A stretch of DNA of 32,000 bases, taken from the sequence record LR026971.1; one strand, written 5' to 3'. The notes under the pieces are model-generated. The model saw only the letters and a list, made by a program, of their open reading frames with translations, was not told where the DNA came from and searched no databases. This document shows positions 1 to 9,656 of this stretch, piece by piece. How positions within the stretch are numbered: position 1 is the stretch's first letter; the number at the start of each line of letters is the position of its first letter. The position numbers and the translations under genes were made by a program.

Positions 1-188
1 TAATAGCTTACTTTAAATTATTTCCATTACAAACTAAAAAAGCTCTTTCTTTTGAAAAATGGTTTATTGTACATAATCAAGTGTCTAATAAATTACATTT
101 AACAGATGAAGGATTATCACAAATAAGAACTATGCAAAAACAAATTAATTTAAATAATAGTATGACAAATAAAACAGGAGCCGCTTAA
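1..188 (+). CDS. C-terminal end of an intron-encoded homing endonuclease (LAGLIDADG-type tail), 5' truncated by the window
   Basis: The frame is open from base 3 to TAA 186-188: ..FPLQTKKALSFEKWFIVHNQVSNKLHLTDEGLSQIRTMQKQINLNNSM... This PL..K..F..W....HLT.EGL..I....N tail is typical of fungal mt LAGLIDADG ORFs. The catalytic motifs lie outside the window. Confidence 0.5.
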   Translation, partial: IAYFKLFPLQTKKALSFEKWFIVHNQVSNKLHLTDEGLSQIRTMQKQINLNNSMTNKTGAA

Positions 189-350
189 AGATGAAGATAT
201 AGTCCGACACTCTTTGTGAAAGGAGCATACAAATTGTATGGGTAAATATCTCAGAACGGCCGCCACCTATAAAGGATGGTGGCTATATATTTAAAGGTGG
301 GCCGACATATGCCGGCCCTACTTCGTAGAAAATATTTATTAACAGTTATG
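1..350 (+). mobile_element. Group I intron cox1-iA, 3' portion (window opens inside it)
   Basis: Core motif AAGATATAGTCC lies at 194-205. The terminal G350 directly precedes in-frame cox1 codons HHMYTVGLDVD. Confidence 0.7.
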
Positions 351-383
351 CATCACATGTATACAGTTGGTTTAGACGTGGAT
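351..383 (+). CDS. cox1: cox1 exon (33 nt)
   Basis: Translates to HHMYTVGLDVD, the conserved COX1 segment. It is flanked by an intron-terminal G and ends in T. Confidence 0.8.
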
Positions 384-1340
384 AAACTTGTGTTCACGGG
401 AAAAATCTTGCTATATGCTGGGAACTCTTGATTAAGTAATCCACTCGTATTAATTGCGTTAGGCAAAATTTACTTATATTATACAAGACAATCAGCAGGA
501 AACTTTAGTTTTAGTACAAAGGCTCAGGCTGTTACTAAAAATACTTATATTAAATATTTAGAATTACCTAAAATATCTGAACATGCTCCTAAACATAATA
601 AATTTAATGAGGAAGAGTTTGGTTATTTTTTAGCCGGATTAATTGAAGGTGACGGTTGATTCGGTAAAAAAGAATTACACATAATATTTTCTGAAACTGA
701 TACATCCTTGGCTTATTTTATTAAAAAACGTATCGGCCATGGTAACGTTTATAAGATCAAAGACAAAAAAGCTGTAAGATATATTTGTAAAAATAAAGAA
801 GGTTTATTAATCATATTATCTTTAATTAATGGTAAGTTTGTAAGTAACTATATATATGATCAATTAGTAAAACACAATTACTATGAAGATTTTAATATTA
901 ATGTTCTGCCCCCTTTAAATTATTTATCTTTAGATAACCCTTGATTAGCTGGTTTTGCTCAAGCTGATGGTTGTTTTTATATAAGTGTTGTAAAGAGTAA
1001 AACACATAAAGCAGGGTATAGTGTAAGATTAGAGTTCTCTTTAAAACAAAACGATGAACTACCTTTAAGATTATTATATAATAGTTTAGATATGGGGAAT
1101 ATTTCTCAATACCATACAGGAGTATGATGTTATAAAAGTTCGGGATATAAAACAGCCGCGGTTTTAATAAATTACTTCGATAAATATAATGTTTTTTCAG
1201 GTAAATATGTTGATTATATTAAATTTAGAAAAGTTTATATTATGATAACAGAAGGAAAACATTTAGATAGTAAAGGTATTTTAAAAATTAAAAGTATTAC
1301 AACTAAAGGATCCTCAGAGACAAGCACGCAAGAAGTTTAA
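384..1340 (+). CDS. LAGLIDADG homing endonuclease (two motifs), open in frame with the upstream cox1 exon
   Basis: Code-4 frame is continuous from the exon to TAA 1338-1340. Motifs are LAGLIEGDGWFG and WLAGFAQADGCFY. It joins track ORF 708-944 across TGA codons. Confidence 0.85.
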
Positions 1341-1388
1341 TATTATATATTAAATTAAGATACTGTCCAAAAATCGCTCTCTTTATTG
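384..1388 (+). mobile_element. Group I intron cox1-iB with LAGLIDADG ORF
   Basis: Contains TATATGCTGGGAACTC at ~410, CAATCAGCAGGAAAC at ~490, TCAGAGACAAGCACG at ~1316 and AAGATACTGTCC at ~1357. It ends in G1388 before exon codons TRAYFTAAT. Confidence 0.8.
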
Positions 1389-1545
1389 ACAAGAGCTTAC
1401 TTTACAGCTGCAACATTAATAATTGCAGTTCCTACAGGAATTAAAATATTCTCATGATTAGCTACATGTTATGGAGGTTCTATTAGATTAACTCCTTCTA
1501 TGTTATTTGCTTTAGGTTTTGTATTTATGTTTACAATTGGAGGGT
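1389..1545 (+). CDS. cox1: cox1 exon
   Basis: [52 protein letters not shown](L). TGA is read as W. Confidence 0.85.
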
Positions 1546-2825
1546 TAATAAATCACTTAGCTCTCCCTTTAAAGACCACTATATGCTGGGGACTTCTGAC
1601 AATCATACTACTAGATTTTTATTTAAATTCAGTGAAAATGTATAATTTTGAACAATCAGCAGGTAACCAAAAGATAAATAAAATTATCTGAGTAGGAACC
1701 TCAGAGACTACACGTGGTCCTCGTAGTATTTTTACGAGAAGATATAGTCCGTGAAATAAAAATTCATTAATTAATTTATCATTTTATAATTCTCTTATCT
1801 ATAAACACAAAAATTTTGTTCGTTATTACTCTACTTCTGGTGATCTAAAAGAAGATAATATAAAAGATTTGAATCCTGTAGTATTATATGAAAACTTTAA
1901 AGAAGATAGAGCTCAGATTTTAAAAGAACAGAAAGATAAATCTGGTGTATATTGTCTAATAAATAAGATAAATGGTCATTCTTATGTAGGAAGTTCTATT
2001 AATTTAGCTTCTAGAATGAAAAATTATCTTAATAATACTTTTTTAAAAAGTAGACAAAATGTAAATATGCCAATTGTAAAAGCTTTACTTAAATATGGTC
2101 AATCCAATTTTTCTTTATTAATATTAGAACACCACGTAGAAGTAAAATCTTTAATAATTAGAGAGACTTATTTTATAACAACGGTAGCACCCTATTATAA
2201 TATATTAAAACAAGGTTACTCTTCTTTAGGATATAAACATACTGAAGAAACTAAAAAGCTATTATCTCAATTAGCCAAAAATAGAGTTCATAGTGATATA
2301 ACTAAAGGTTTAATCGCAAAAGCTTTAACAGGTGAAAATAATCCTTTTTATAATAAAAGTCATTCTATTGAAAGTAAAGTAAGAATTATAGAAGCTAAAT
2401 CTGCTTACCCTGTTTATATCTATAATTCATTTAAAGAATTATTAGTTATTTTCCCTTCTGTTTCTACTATAGCTAACTTAATTAAATCTAACCATTATAC
2501 AATAGTTGATGCTATAAAAGAACAAACTATATTTAGAGGAGAATGGTATTTTACTAATTTACCTTATCATATAGAGGATACTCCTATTATATCTAATTGA
2601 ATTTCTAAGGAATCTGAAGAATTAATATCAAATATAAATAAAAATAGTCACATAATAAAAGCAGTTTTCGTATACGACATCAATAGAAAGTTTATAGGTA
2701 AATATGATGGAGTAACAGATGCTCAAAAGGCTTTAAATTTAAGTCACAGTACTATAAAAAAATATGCCAAATTAGGTGCTGTATATGGTGGTTATATATT
2801 TAGTTATGAAAGATTAAATGATTAA
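1546..2825 (+). CDS. GIY-YIG homing endonuclease; frame open from the exon junction, recognisable domain from ~1935, first track start TTG 1869
   Basis: [30 protein letters not shown] (GIY..YVG) is followed by repeated GYKHTEETK / [12 protein letters not shown] modules and a C-terminal [24 protein letters not shown] helix-turn-helix. Stop is TAA 2823-2825. No stop occurs between 1546 and 1869 under code 4. Confidence 0.8.
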
Positions 2826-2838
2826 TGAATTTTATTCG
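1546..2838 (+). mobile_element. Group I intron cox1-iC with GIY-YIG ORF
   Basis: The compact core lies at the 5' end: CAATCAGCAGGTAACC ~1655, CCTCAGAGACTACACG ~1699, AAGATATAGTCC 1739-1750. The ORF fills the 3' extension. The intron ends in G2838. Confidence 0.8.
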
Positions 2839-2888
2839 TAAGTGGTGTAGTTTTAGCGAACGCCTCTTTAGATATAGCATTCCACGAT
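2839..2888 (+). CDS. cox1: cox1 exon (50 nt)
   Basis: (L)SGVVLANASLDIAFHD. Confidence 0.8.
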
Positions 2889-3773
2889 ACGGTTTTGATT
2901 GTTTTATTTAGTATATTTATACTAAATTATTTTACTACTCTAAAACCATATAAAGATAGTTTAAGTATTAATAGTTTGATCCCTAAACCGAAGGTTATGG
3001 GATTAGGAGGGACTCAGCAAGCTCTTAATGATAATTTAAGTGATTCAACTATAAATGAAGTTATTGATTATAATGAATATATAAAAATGTTTTGAGTAGG
3101 ATTGATGGATGGAGATGGTAGTATTCAAGTTAACCATTGACGCAAACAATCCTTACAATATAGGCTAGTTATTAAATTATCTAATATTCAATCTAATTAT
3201 AATATGCTGGTTCAAATTGCTAAAATAATAGGTGGAACAGTAATAGTTACAGGTAAAGGAGGAGATGTTATTTGAGTAGTTAATAAGAAGCAAGAAGTAG
3301 AAGAAATTATAAAAATTTATGATACTTATCCTCCTTTAACTTCAAAGAAAATATGTCAACTTGCATTCCTAAAAACTTGTTTAACTCAAACTTCAGTAGA
3401 AACTTATTTATTAAACAGAAATTTGAAATATGATCAGCAGTTAAATATTATAAAATCTAATATTGATTTAAAAATACCTTCCTATTTTAAAGGATGATTA
3501 TCCGGGTTTATAGAAGCTGAGGGTTGTTTTTCGATAAGAAAATCTAATAACCATTCTTTTTCAATAGGGCAAAATGATGATCTTTACTTAATTGAAGCTA
3601 TTAAACTGTATTTTGAATCAACAAATAAAGTTAGAAATCCTTACGGTAAATTCTATGCAGTAGAGATATATAAAAAAGAAGTACTATTAAAAATAATCTC
3701 TCATTGTACTAACTATCCTTTATTTGGTGAAAAATTAGAGTCCTTAAAAAAATTCCATCAAAAGCTTTCTTAG
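2889..3773 (+). CDS. LAGLIDADG homing endonuclease, in frame with the upstream exon
   Basis: Motifs are WVGLMDGDGSIQV and WLSGFIEAEGCFS. The frame is continuous to TAG 3771-3773. Confidence 0.85.
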
Positions 3774-4128
3774 TAAGTGTCGTGTTGTCATGTCACCATG
3801 AAAAATTTCATACGTTTTTCGGTAAAATTTACTTTAGGACTTTTATCTAAAGCTAACCTAATGTTAATTTTGCTAACGGTGAAGCCTTATGTGTTTTCTT
3901 AATGCAGAAAATAGAAGGGTCGCTGCGAAGCCAAAAATGTACCCTCATGTAAGGTAATACCGTGGAAACCAAAGCAAATAAATTCCACAATCTATTGGCG
4001 AGTAGGATCCGTAGAGACTAAACGTGACAATCAAAAGTTTATTAAGTTAAACGATTAGATAAGTTATAGTCCGATCCACTGCGTGAGCAGTGTTGTATGT
4101 AAAAAAAAATTTTTGAGCAATCTTCTTG
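2889..4128 (+). mobile_element. Group I intron cox1-iD with LAGLIDADG ORF
   Basis: The ORF is at the 5' side. Core motifs GTAGAGACTAAACG ~4009 and AAGTTATAGTCC ~4062 follow. It ends in G4128. Confidence 0.75.
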
Positions 4129-4146
4129 ACTTACTATGTAGTTGCT
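4129..4146 (+). CDS. cox1: cox1 micro-exon (18 nt)
   Basis: ACTTACTATGTAGTTGCT = TYYVVA, exactly the residues missing between ..AFHD and HFHYVLS. It is preceded by G and ends in T, and independent intron cores lie on both sides. Confidence 0.65.
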
Positions 4147-4549
4147 CAACTGGGCCATTAGTTAAATTTAATATAGAAAATATTAAATTTGTTCTTCTGC
4201 ATTTTGACAAATTGCTGGAAGCTTTTATTAAAAGGTAACTTAACGAAGGTTATATCGTTCGAGTTCACCTTGATAAGAAGAATCAGCAGCCAAGCTTTAT
4301 AATTAAAGTAGGTTCAGAGACTATACGTCAAATATCTTTTTAAATAAAACTATATACATTCGGGACGAAGTCCCGAAATATTACCTTAATATGATACTTA
4401 TATTCTTACGCGAGCGAGGAGCTTGCGTCCTATAGGTTTAACTAATCAAAAAAATACCATTAGAATACTAAGGTGATTCACTTTTGCTATACTAGTCTTA
4501 TTTACATAAGGTAAAGATATAGTCCAAATAATAGAAAAATTATATTATG
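4147..4549 (+). mobile_element. Group I intron cox1-iE, ORF-less
   Basis: AATCAGCAGCCAAG ~4283, TTCAGAGACTATACG ~4312 and AAGATATAGTCC 4514-4525. It ends in G4549 and carries GC mini-hairpins at 4361-4375 and 4409-4430. Confidence 0.7.
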
Positions 4550-4720
4550 CATTTCCACTACGTTTTAAGTATGGGTGCTGTGTTTGCAATGTTTAGCGGT
4601 TGATACTTCTGAATACCTAAAATGTTAGGTTTAAATTATAATATGACTCTATCTAAAGTACAATTCTGAATACTTTTCATAGGGGTTAACGTAACTTTCT
4701 TCCCTCAACATTTCTTAGGT
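4550..4720 (+). CDS. cox1: cox1 exon
   Basis: [57 protein letters not shown]. Confidence 0.85.
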
Positions 4721-6115
4721 CAAGTAGGCCCTTTATCATAGGTATATGATAATCGCACAACACTATATGCTAGGAACTCTCATAGTATATGAGACAATTA
4801 GCAGGAAATCAACTTAAAATCAACTTATTTAGTTGAACCCTCAGAGACTACACGTGTTGCAACTTATACGTTGAAGATATAGTCCTATAAACATAGTGAT
4901 ATGTTAAATATCTTGCTACTCTACTTTCATAAGAGTTATTTATTATAACTTATGTGGATAGAGTTTATAACGATAAATATTTTTATTCATAATTGCAATA
5001 AATTTATTTATTTAATAGCAAGAAATAAAGCTACAGTCTGTTTTATTATATCTGTTTTTCATGCTTTCGGTCTTTGTACTTTTGAGCTATTCAGCTTCAT
5101 TCAACGGATCTAAATATCCGTTGGGGCAAGATAGTAAAAATATATCTGATACATCAGAGGCTAGTCATAGTACACAAGGAGATCCTGAAGGACCTTCTAA
5201 AAAAGATCCAAAAAGTAATAAACCAAATAAAAATACTGAAAACTCTAAGAGTTTAGCTAAATCTCCTGTTTACCCTCATACACCTATTAAGGTGTATCAA
5301 GTTGCCAGCATCTCTAAGTCCGATATAAATAAAGACTTTAAAGATGTATCTATAATATACATGTGATTTAATAAGGTCACAGGTAGAGTATATATAGGTA
5401 GTGCCATTAATGGGTCTAAACGTTTAGGTACTTACTTTCAGCCTTCTATTCTAAGAAAAAATAGTTTAATCTATCAAAGTATATTAAAATATGGACATGA
5501 TAACTTTTCTGTCATTATTTTAGATATTTGCGGAAAAACATCTACTGTCACTAAAGATTATATATTAGAGAGAGAAAAGTTTTACTTGGATTGGGCTTTA
5601 AAAACTTATGGTTTGGCTGTTTTAAATATGCTTAATATGCCAGGATCTAGTATGGGTTACAAACATACGGAAGAAAATTTATTAAAGATGAGTGAACTAA
5701 AAAAAGGTGAAAGGAATCCTATGTATAATAAGGCTAAATCCGATGCTTTTATAGCTCAACAAATTAGAGATAAATCGGGTGAAAATAATCCTATGTTTGG
5801 TAAGACTAAGTCTGAACAGACTTTAGCTAAATTAAGAAAAATGATCTTTGTGTATGATGTTACACAAGATTATAAATTGTTAGGGGTGTATCCTACTGTT
5901 ATGTGTACTCGTTTATTTAGATTGTGTAACAATACTTTAAAAAAAATGATAAACAATAAGGAAATACATAACGGTAAATACTTCTTTTCTAAAGATCCTT
6001 ACAACTCTGATGAGGTATAGTTATTTGGTTAATAAGGTATCTAACCACGATACTTTTGTAAAATTTAGAATGTAAATACTATATTTACATTATATTGACA
6101 TAATGTAGAATAAAG
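4721..6115 (+). mobile_element. Group I intron cox1-iF with free-standing GIY-YIG ORF
   Basis: The core is at the 5' end: ATTAGCAGGAAATC ~4798, CCTCAGAGACTACACG ~4839, AAGATATAGTCC 4874-4885. The ORF is in the 3' extension. It ends in G6115. Confidence 0.75.
5061..6020 (+). CDS. GIY-YIG homing endonuclease
   Basis: Track ORFs 5061-5366 and 5586-6020 share a frame and join across TGA. Contains IIYMWFNKVTGRVYIGSAINGSKRLGTYF followed by GYKHTEENL / GERNPMYNK / GENNPMFGK modules. An in-frame TAG at 5016-5018 shows it is not fused to the exon. Confidence 0.85.
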
Positions 6116-6126
6116 CTACAAGGAAT
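6116..6126 (+). CDS. cox1: cox1 micro-exon (11 nt)
   Basis: CTACAAGGAAT supplies L-Q-G-(M) between ..QHFLG and (M)PRRISDYPD. It is preceded by G6115, ends in T, and restores the reading phase. Confidence 0.55.
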
Positions 6127-6536
6127 TAGGATTAGTTCCCCTTATAATTAATAAATATAAGGTAAAAAGAAGATGAATTTCAAGAAAAACTTTACACTTC
6201 TTCTCTTATTTAAGTGATGCAGTGCGGTGCGGTTCCTTAAGGGCCCCGATACAAAGTTAACTTGAAGCGAAGCTTATTTTTAAAATATATAGAGCGAGCT
6301 TGCGCCTACGAAGTACGCATACTACGTCGCGCGATATATACTACCTACATATATATAATAAATAATAAGAACGTTCAACGACTAGAAGGAAAGTCTTTAT
6401 GATAACAACCTTCCACGAGCCTCTTCCGTCAATTAAACTTAATAATGACATAATAGTTAAGTAAGACGATGACATAGTCTGAACCCATGTGAAAATATGG
6501 GGATTAAAGGGTAAATCCTTTAACGTAACATAATTG
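6127..6536 (+). mobile_element. Group I intron cox1-iG, ORF-less, paralogue of cox2-i2
   Basis: Shares GATGAATTTCAAGAA, CTTGAAGCGAAGCTT, GTTCAACGACTAGAAG, GATGACATAGTCTGAACC and the terminal AACATAATTG with the intron at 20157-22148. Confidence 0.7.
6296..6306 (-). repeat. MUSE-type undecamer, exact (GAGCTTGCGCC = reverse complement of GGCGCAAGCTC)
   Basis: Exact 11-mer inside cox1-iG. It is absent from the corresponding position of the paralogous intron cox2-i2. Confidence 0.85.
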
Positions 6537-6837
6537 GCCTAGAAGAATTAGCGATTACCCTGATGCATTTGCAGGTTGAAATTTAATAAGTAGTTTTGGG
6601 TCAATCATAAGTGTAGTAGCTGCATGATTATTCTTGTATATTGTATACTTACAATTAGTTGAAGGAGAATATGCAGGTAGATTCCCTTGATTAAACCCTC
6701 AATTCTATACAGATACTCTACAAGCTCTTCTAAATAGAAGTTATCCTAGTTTAGAATGAGCTTTAAGTAGTCCACCTAAACCTCATGCTTTCGTAAGTCT
6801 TCCTTTACAATCCAATATATTAAGAAGTGGTTTTTAG
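6537..6837 (+). CDS. cox1: cox1 terminal exon
   Basis: (M)[99 protein letters not shown]. Stop is TAG 6835-6837. Confidence 0.9.
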
Positions 6838-7239
6838 GTTTAATAGAGGCTATTAAGGGACCCTTAATGAAATTAACTTTAACTAGTAAACCTAAAGCTT
6901 ATAGTTTTGTAAACACTACCTTATAAAGTAGTATTTTACAGTGCTATTATATGCCGTACGATGAAGTCGTACTATTTTATTAACAGAGGTTATATTCTAA
7001 GGTTAATGATAATCATAGCTAGCATACTTCATTGTAAAGCACAAGCTCGGTTATTATATTTTAGTGGTCGATGATAACCATAGTTATGTGCGAGGTAGGG
7101 GCGCATAGCATAGTATGCTATGTATATAGCATTATTTAGTATAAGCTTGGCTTTTATTTATGTCGCATGATGATCATACAGGCATACAGACATAATTCGT
7201 CAGTACGTCATGCAAACATATGTACTGACGAAGTATGTC

Positions 7240-7266
7240 GAGGAGGAGGAGGGCCTCCTCCTCCTC
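7240..7266. repeat. Purine/pyrimidine hairpin (11-bp stem)
   Basis: GAGGAGGAGGA-GGGCC-TCCTCCTCCTC, lying 14 nt upstream of trnR. Confidence 0.8.
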
Positions 7267-7279
7267 CTCTAAATAAAAA

Positions 7280-7350
7280 GGTGTGTTAGTTTAATGGCAA
7301 AACATGGCGCTACGGACGTTGTTTTATAAGTTCGAGTCTTATACACATCT
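7280..7350 (+). tRNA. trnR: tRNA-Arg (anticodon ACG)
   Basis: Hand-folded 71-nt cloverleaf. Acceptor GGTGTGT/ACACATC, D stem GTTT/AAAC, anticodon loop CTACGGA, T arm ATAAG-TTCGAGT-CTTAT. The anticodon stem is weak and rich in G-T pairs. Confidence 0.75.
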
Positions 7351-7422
7351 GTAATGTCTTATCCTACCATATAATATTCTGGATTTTTAAGTTTTAGTTT
7401 TAGACGCAGAAATATATTTTAA

Positions 7423-7473
7423 GGCGCGAGCTCTAAATGTAATAGTAGCCCTCTACTACTTCGAGCTTGCGCG
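7423..7473. repeat. Inverted pair of MUSE variants forming a hairpin
   Basis: GGCGCGAGCTC (7423-7433) and GAGCTTGCGCG (7463-7473) enclose GTAATAGTAG-CCCT-CTACTAC. Confidence 0.7.
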
Positions 7474-7698
7474 CCCGGTTCAGTAAAAAAAATTTTTTAT
7501 GTGCATAAACATGTATGTGGATAAATAAATTTAAATATGTTGCAGTCTGTGCGCGTAACTTTTTAAGTAATAAATTCATAACCAGGAGATGCATTATAAT
7601 GGTGGGTATCATTTAAGTGAGCGTGGTAGGGGCTTATTTATTATACCGCACGGTATAAGGTTACTTTAAATAATTTACAAACTTTTAATATTTTCGCT

Positions 7699-7937
7699 AT
7701 GAATATTACCTTAATACTTTTTTTAATAGGAATTTTAGGATTCGTATTAAATAGAAAAAATATTATATTAATGCTTATTTCAATTGAAATAATGCTATTA
7801 GCTATAACATTCCTAATATTGGTAAGTTCACTTAATATGGATGATATAATCGGTCAAACTTATGCTATTTATATAATAGTTGTTGCAGGTGCAGAATCTG
7901 CTATAGGTTTGGGTATTTTAGTTGCTTTCTATAGATT
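7699..7937 (+). CDS. nad4L: nad4L exon 1
   Basis: MNITLILFLIGILGFVLNRKNIILMLISIEIMLLAITFLILVSSLNMDDIIGQTYAIYIIVVAGAESAIGLGILVAFYR(L). Confidence 0.9.
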
Positions 7938-9012
7938 AATTAACTTTCCTGATAAAAATCCAAGATCAAATTATTCTTATTCACGACGAAGTCTTAATTT
8001 ATTACCTGCAATTTCACGACGAAGTCGTAATTTAATCCAATCAAGGAATTATTCTAGCCTTTCGTCTAGGACTAGCGCTGTATGCAGTGCTAGGTCAGAG
8101 GGTGAAAGGAAAATAGTTTTAAATCCTTCATTTATAAGTGGGTTCTCTGATGCTGAAGGTTCTTTTGTTGTAACTATTTTAAATAATCCTAGATATAAAA
8201 TAGGATGAAATGTACAAGCTAGATTTAAAATAAAGTTACATGAGAAAGATAGAGCTTTATTATTATTAATTCAAAATTATTTTGATAATGTTGGATATAT
8301 ATCTAAAATAAATGATAGATCTACGGTTGAATTTAGAGTTAGTGATATAACTAGTTTAAATAATATAATTATACCTCATTTTGAAAAGTATACATTAATA
8401 ACTAATAAGTATAAAGATTTTATAATATTTAAACAAATTGTATCGTTAATGTCAGAAAACAAACATACTACTTTAGAAGGGTTAAAAGAAATTTTAGAAT
8501 ATAGAGCATCTCTTAATTGAGGTTTATCTAAAAATTTAAAGGAATCTTTTCCTTCAATAGTACCAGTTAAAAGAGTAGAAATTGAGGATAATATATTAAG
8601 TAATTTACGGCTACGCCCTAACTGAGTAGCTGGTTTCTCAGCAGGAGAATCCAATTTTTTTATAACTATATCTGGTAATAAAGTATGATTACGTTTTTCT
8701 ATAGCTCAAGACTCAAGAGATATACTGTTATTAAAAAGTTTAGTTGAATTTTTTAATTGTGGTTATATAGCTCAATATAAAAACCGTAAAGTATGTGAAT
8801 TTATAGTTACAAAAATTAATGATATAATTATATATATAATTCCTTTTTTTGAAAAATACAAAATTGAAGGTTCTAAATATAAGGATTATGTTAATTTTAA
8901 AGAAGCTGCTATTCTTATTAAGAATAAAGAACATTTAGGCGGAGCCGAAAAAGGGAGCTCGCGCCTAAATAAAATAATAGAATTAAAAAATTCTATGAAT
9001 AAGAATGATTAA
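7938..9012 (+). CDS. LAGLIDADG homing endonuclease, in frame with nad4L exon 1
   Basis: Motifs are ISGFSDAEGSFVV and WVAGFSAGESNFFI. The frame is continuous under code 4 to TAA 9010-9012. Confidence 0.85.
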
Positions 9013-9378
9013 TATTTTCTTGATTAAAAGGAAGTTTTCATCTTGATCACCAAAGGCGAAGTGAACCTTCGTCTAGTCTTATACAAGGCGAAACTCTCAA
9101 ATTGCGGGAAATTCTTAAAAACAAATCTACCAAGTTAATATAGTAATATAATTAATGGAACAAGTAATGATTCGTTGTATGGTAAAAACGATTTGTATAT
9201 ATAGAAGATCTGCAGCCAAGCACCAAGTATTCTTGCTACGCAGGAATAACGGTGTGCAGTTAATCGGCTAAATGTGAGTTGGTTTTTTATTAATATGGGC
9301 TGCACAAACTAAAGCTCGGATATTAATAATTAGCTTAAGATATAGTCAGTCTCAATATGAGAATATTGGGGTAAAACG
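7938..9378 (+). mobile_element. Group I intron nad4L-i1 with LAGLIDADG ORF
   Basis: The ORF is 5' and the core 3': CTGCAGCCAAGC ~9209, GGTGTGCAGTTAATCGGCTAAATG ~9251, AAGATATAGTCAG 9339-9351. It ends in G9378. Confidence 0.8.
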
Positions 9379-9409
9379 AAGAGGAAGTATAGCAATAGAA
9401 TATAAATAA
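9379..9409 (+). CDS. nad4L: nad4L exon 2
   Basis: (L)RGSIAIEYK then stop. Total CDS is 270 nt, i.e. 89 aa. TAA 9407-9409 overlaps the nad5 ATG by 1 nt. Confidence 0.85.
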
Positions 9410-9656
9410 TGTATTTAAGTATAATAATCTTACCTTTATTAGGATGTATAGTATCTGGCTTTTTAGGTAGAAAAGTTGGGGTTAAAGGTGCACAACTAAT
9501 TACATGTTCAAATGTAGTAATTACTACAATATTATCAATATTAGCTTTTATTGAAGTAGGTTTTAATAATATTCCTGTTACTATAAATTTATTTAGATGA
9601 ATAGATAGTGAATGGTTTAATATCATTTGAGGTTTCCAATTTGATAGTTTAACAGT
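9409..9656 (+). CDS. nad5: nad5 exon 1
   Basis: [82 protein letters not shown](V). Confidence 0.9.

Noticed and set aside
6065-6080. TTAGAATGTAAAT and similar TTAGA-type strings (also ~17782 and ~18318) considered as Neurospora-type mitochondrial promoter motifs.
   Set aside because: They mismatch the remembered consensus at core positions, and one lies inside an intron. There is not enough evidence to call promoters.
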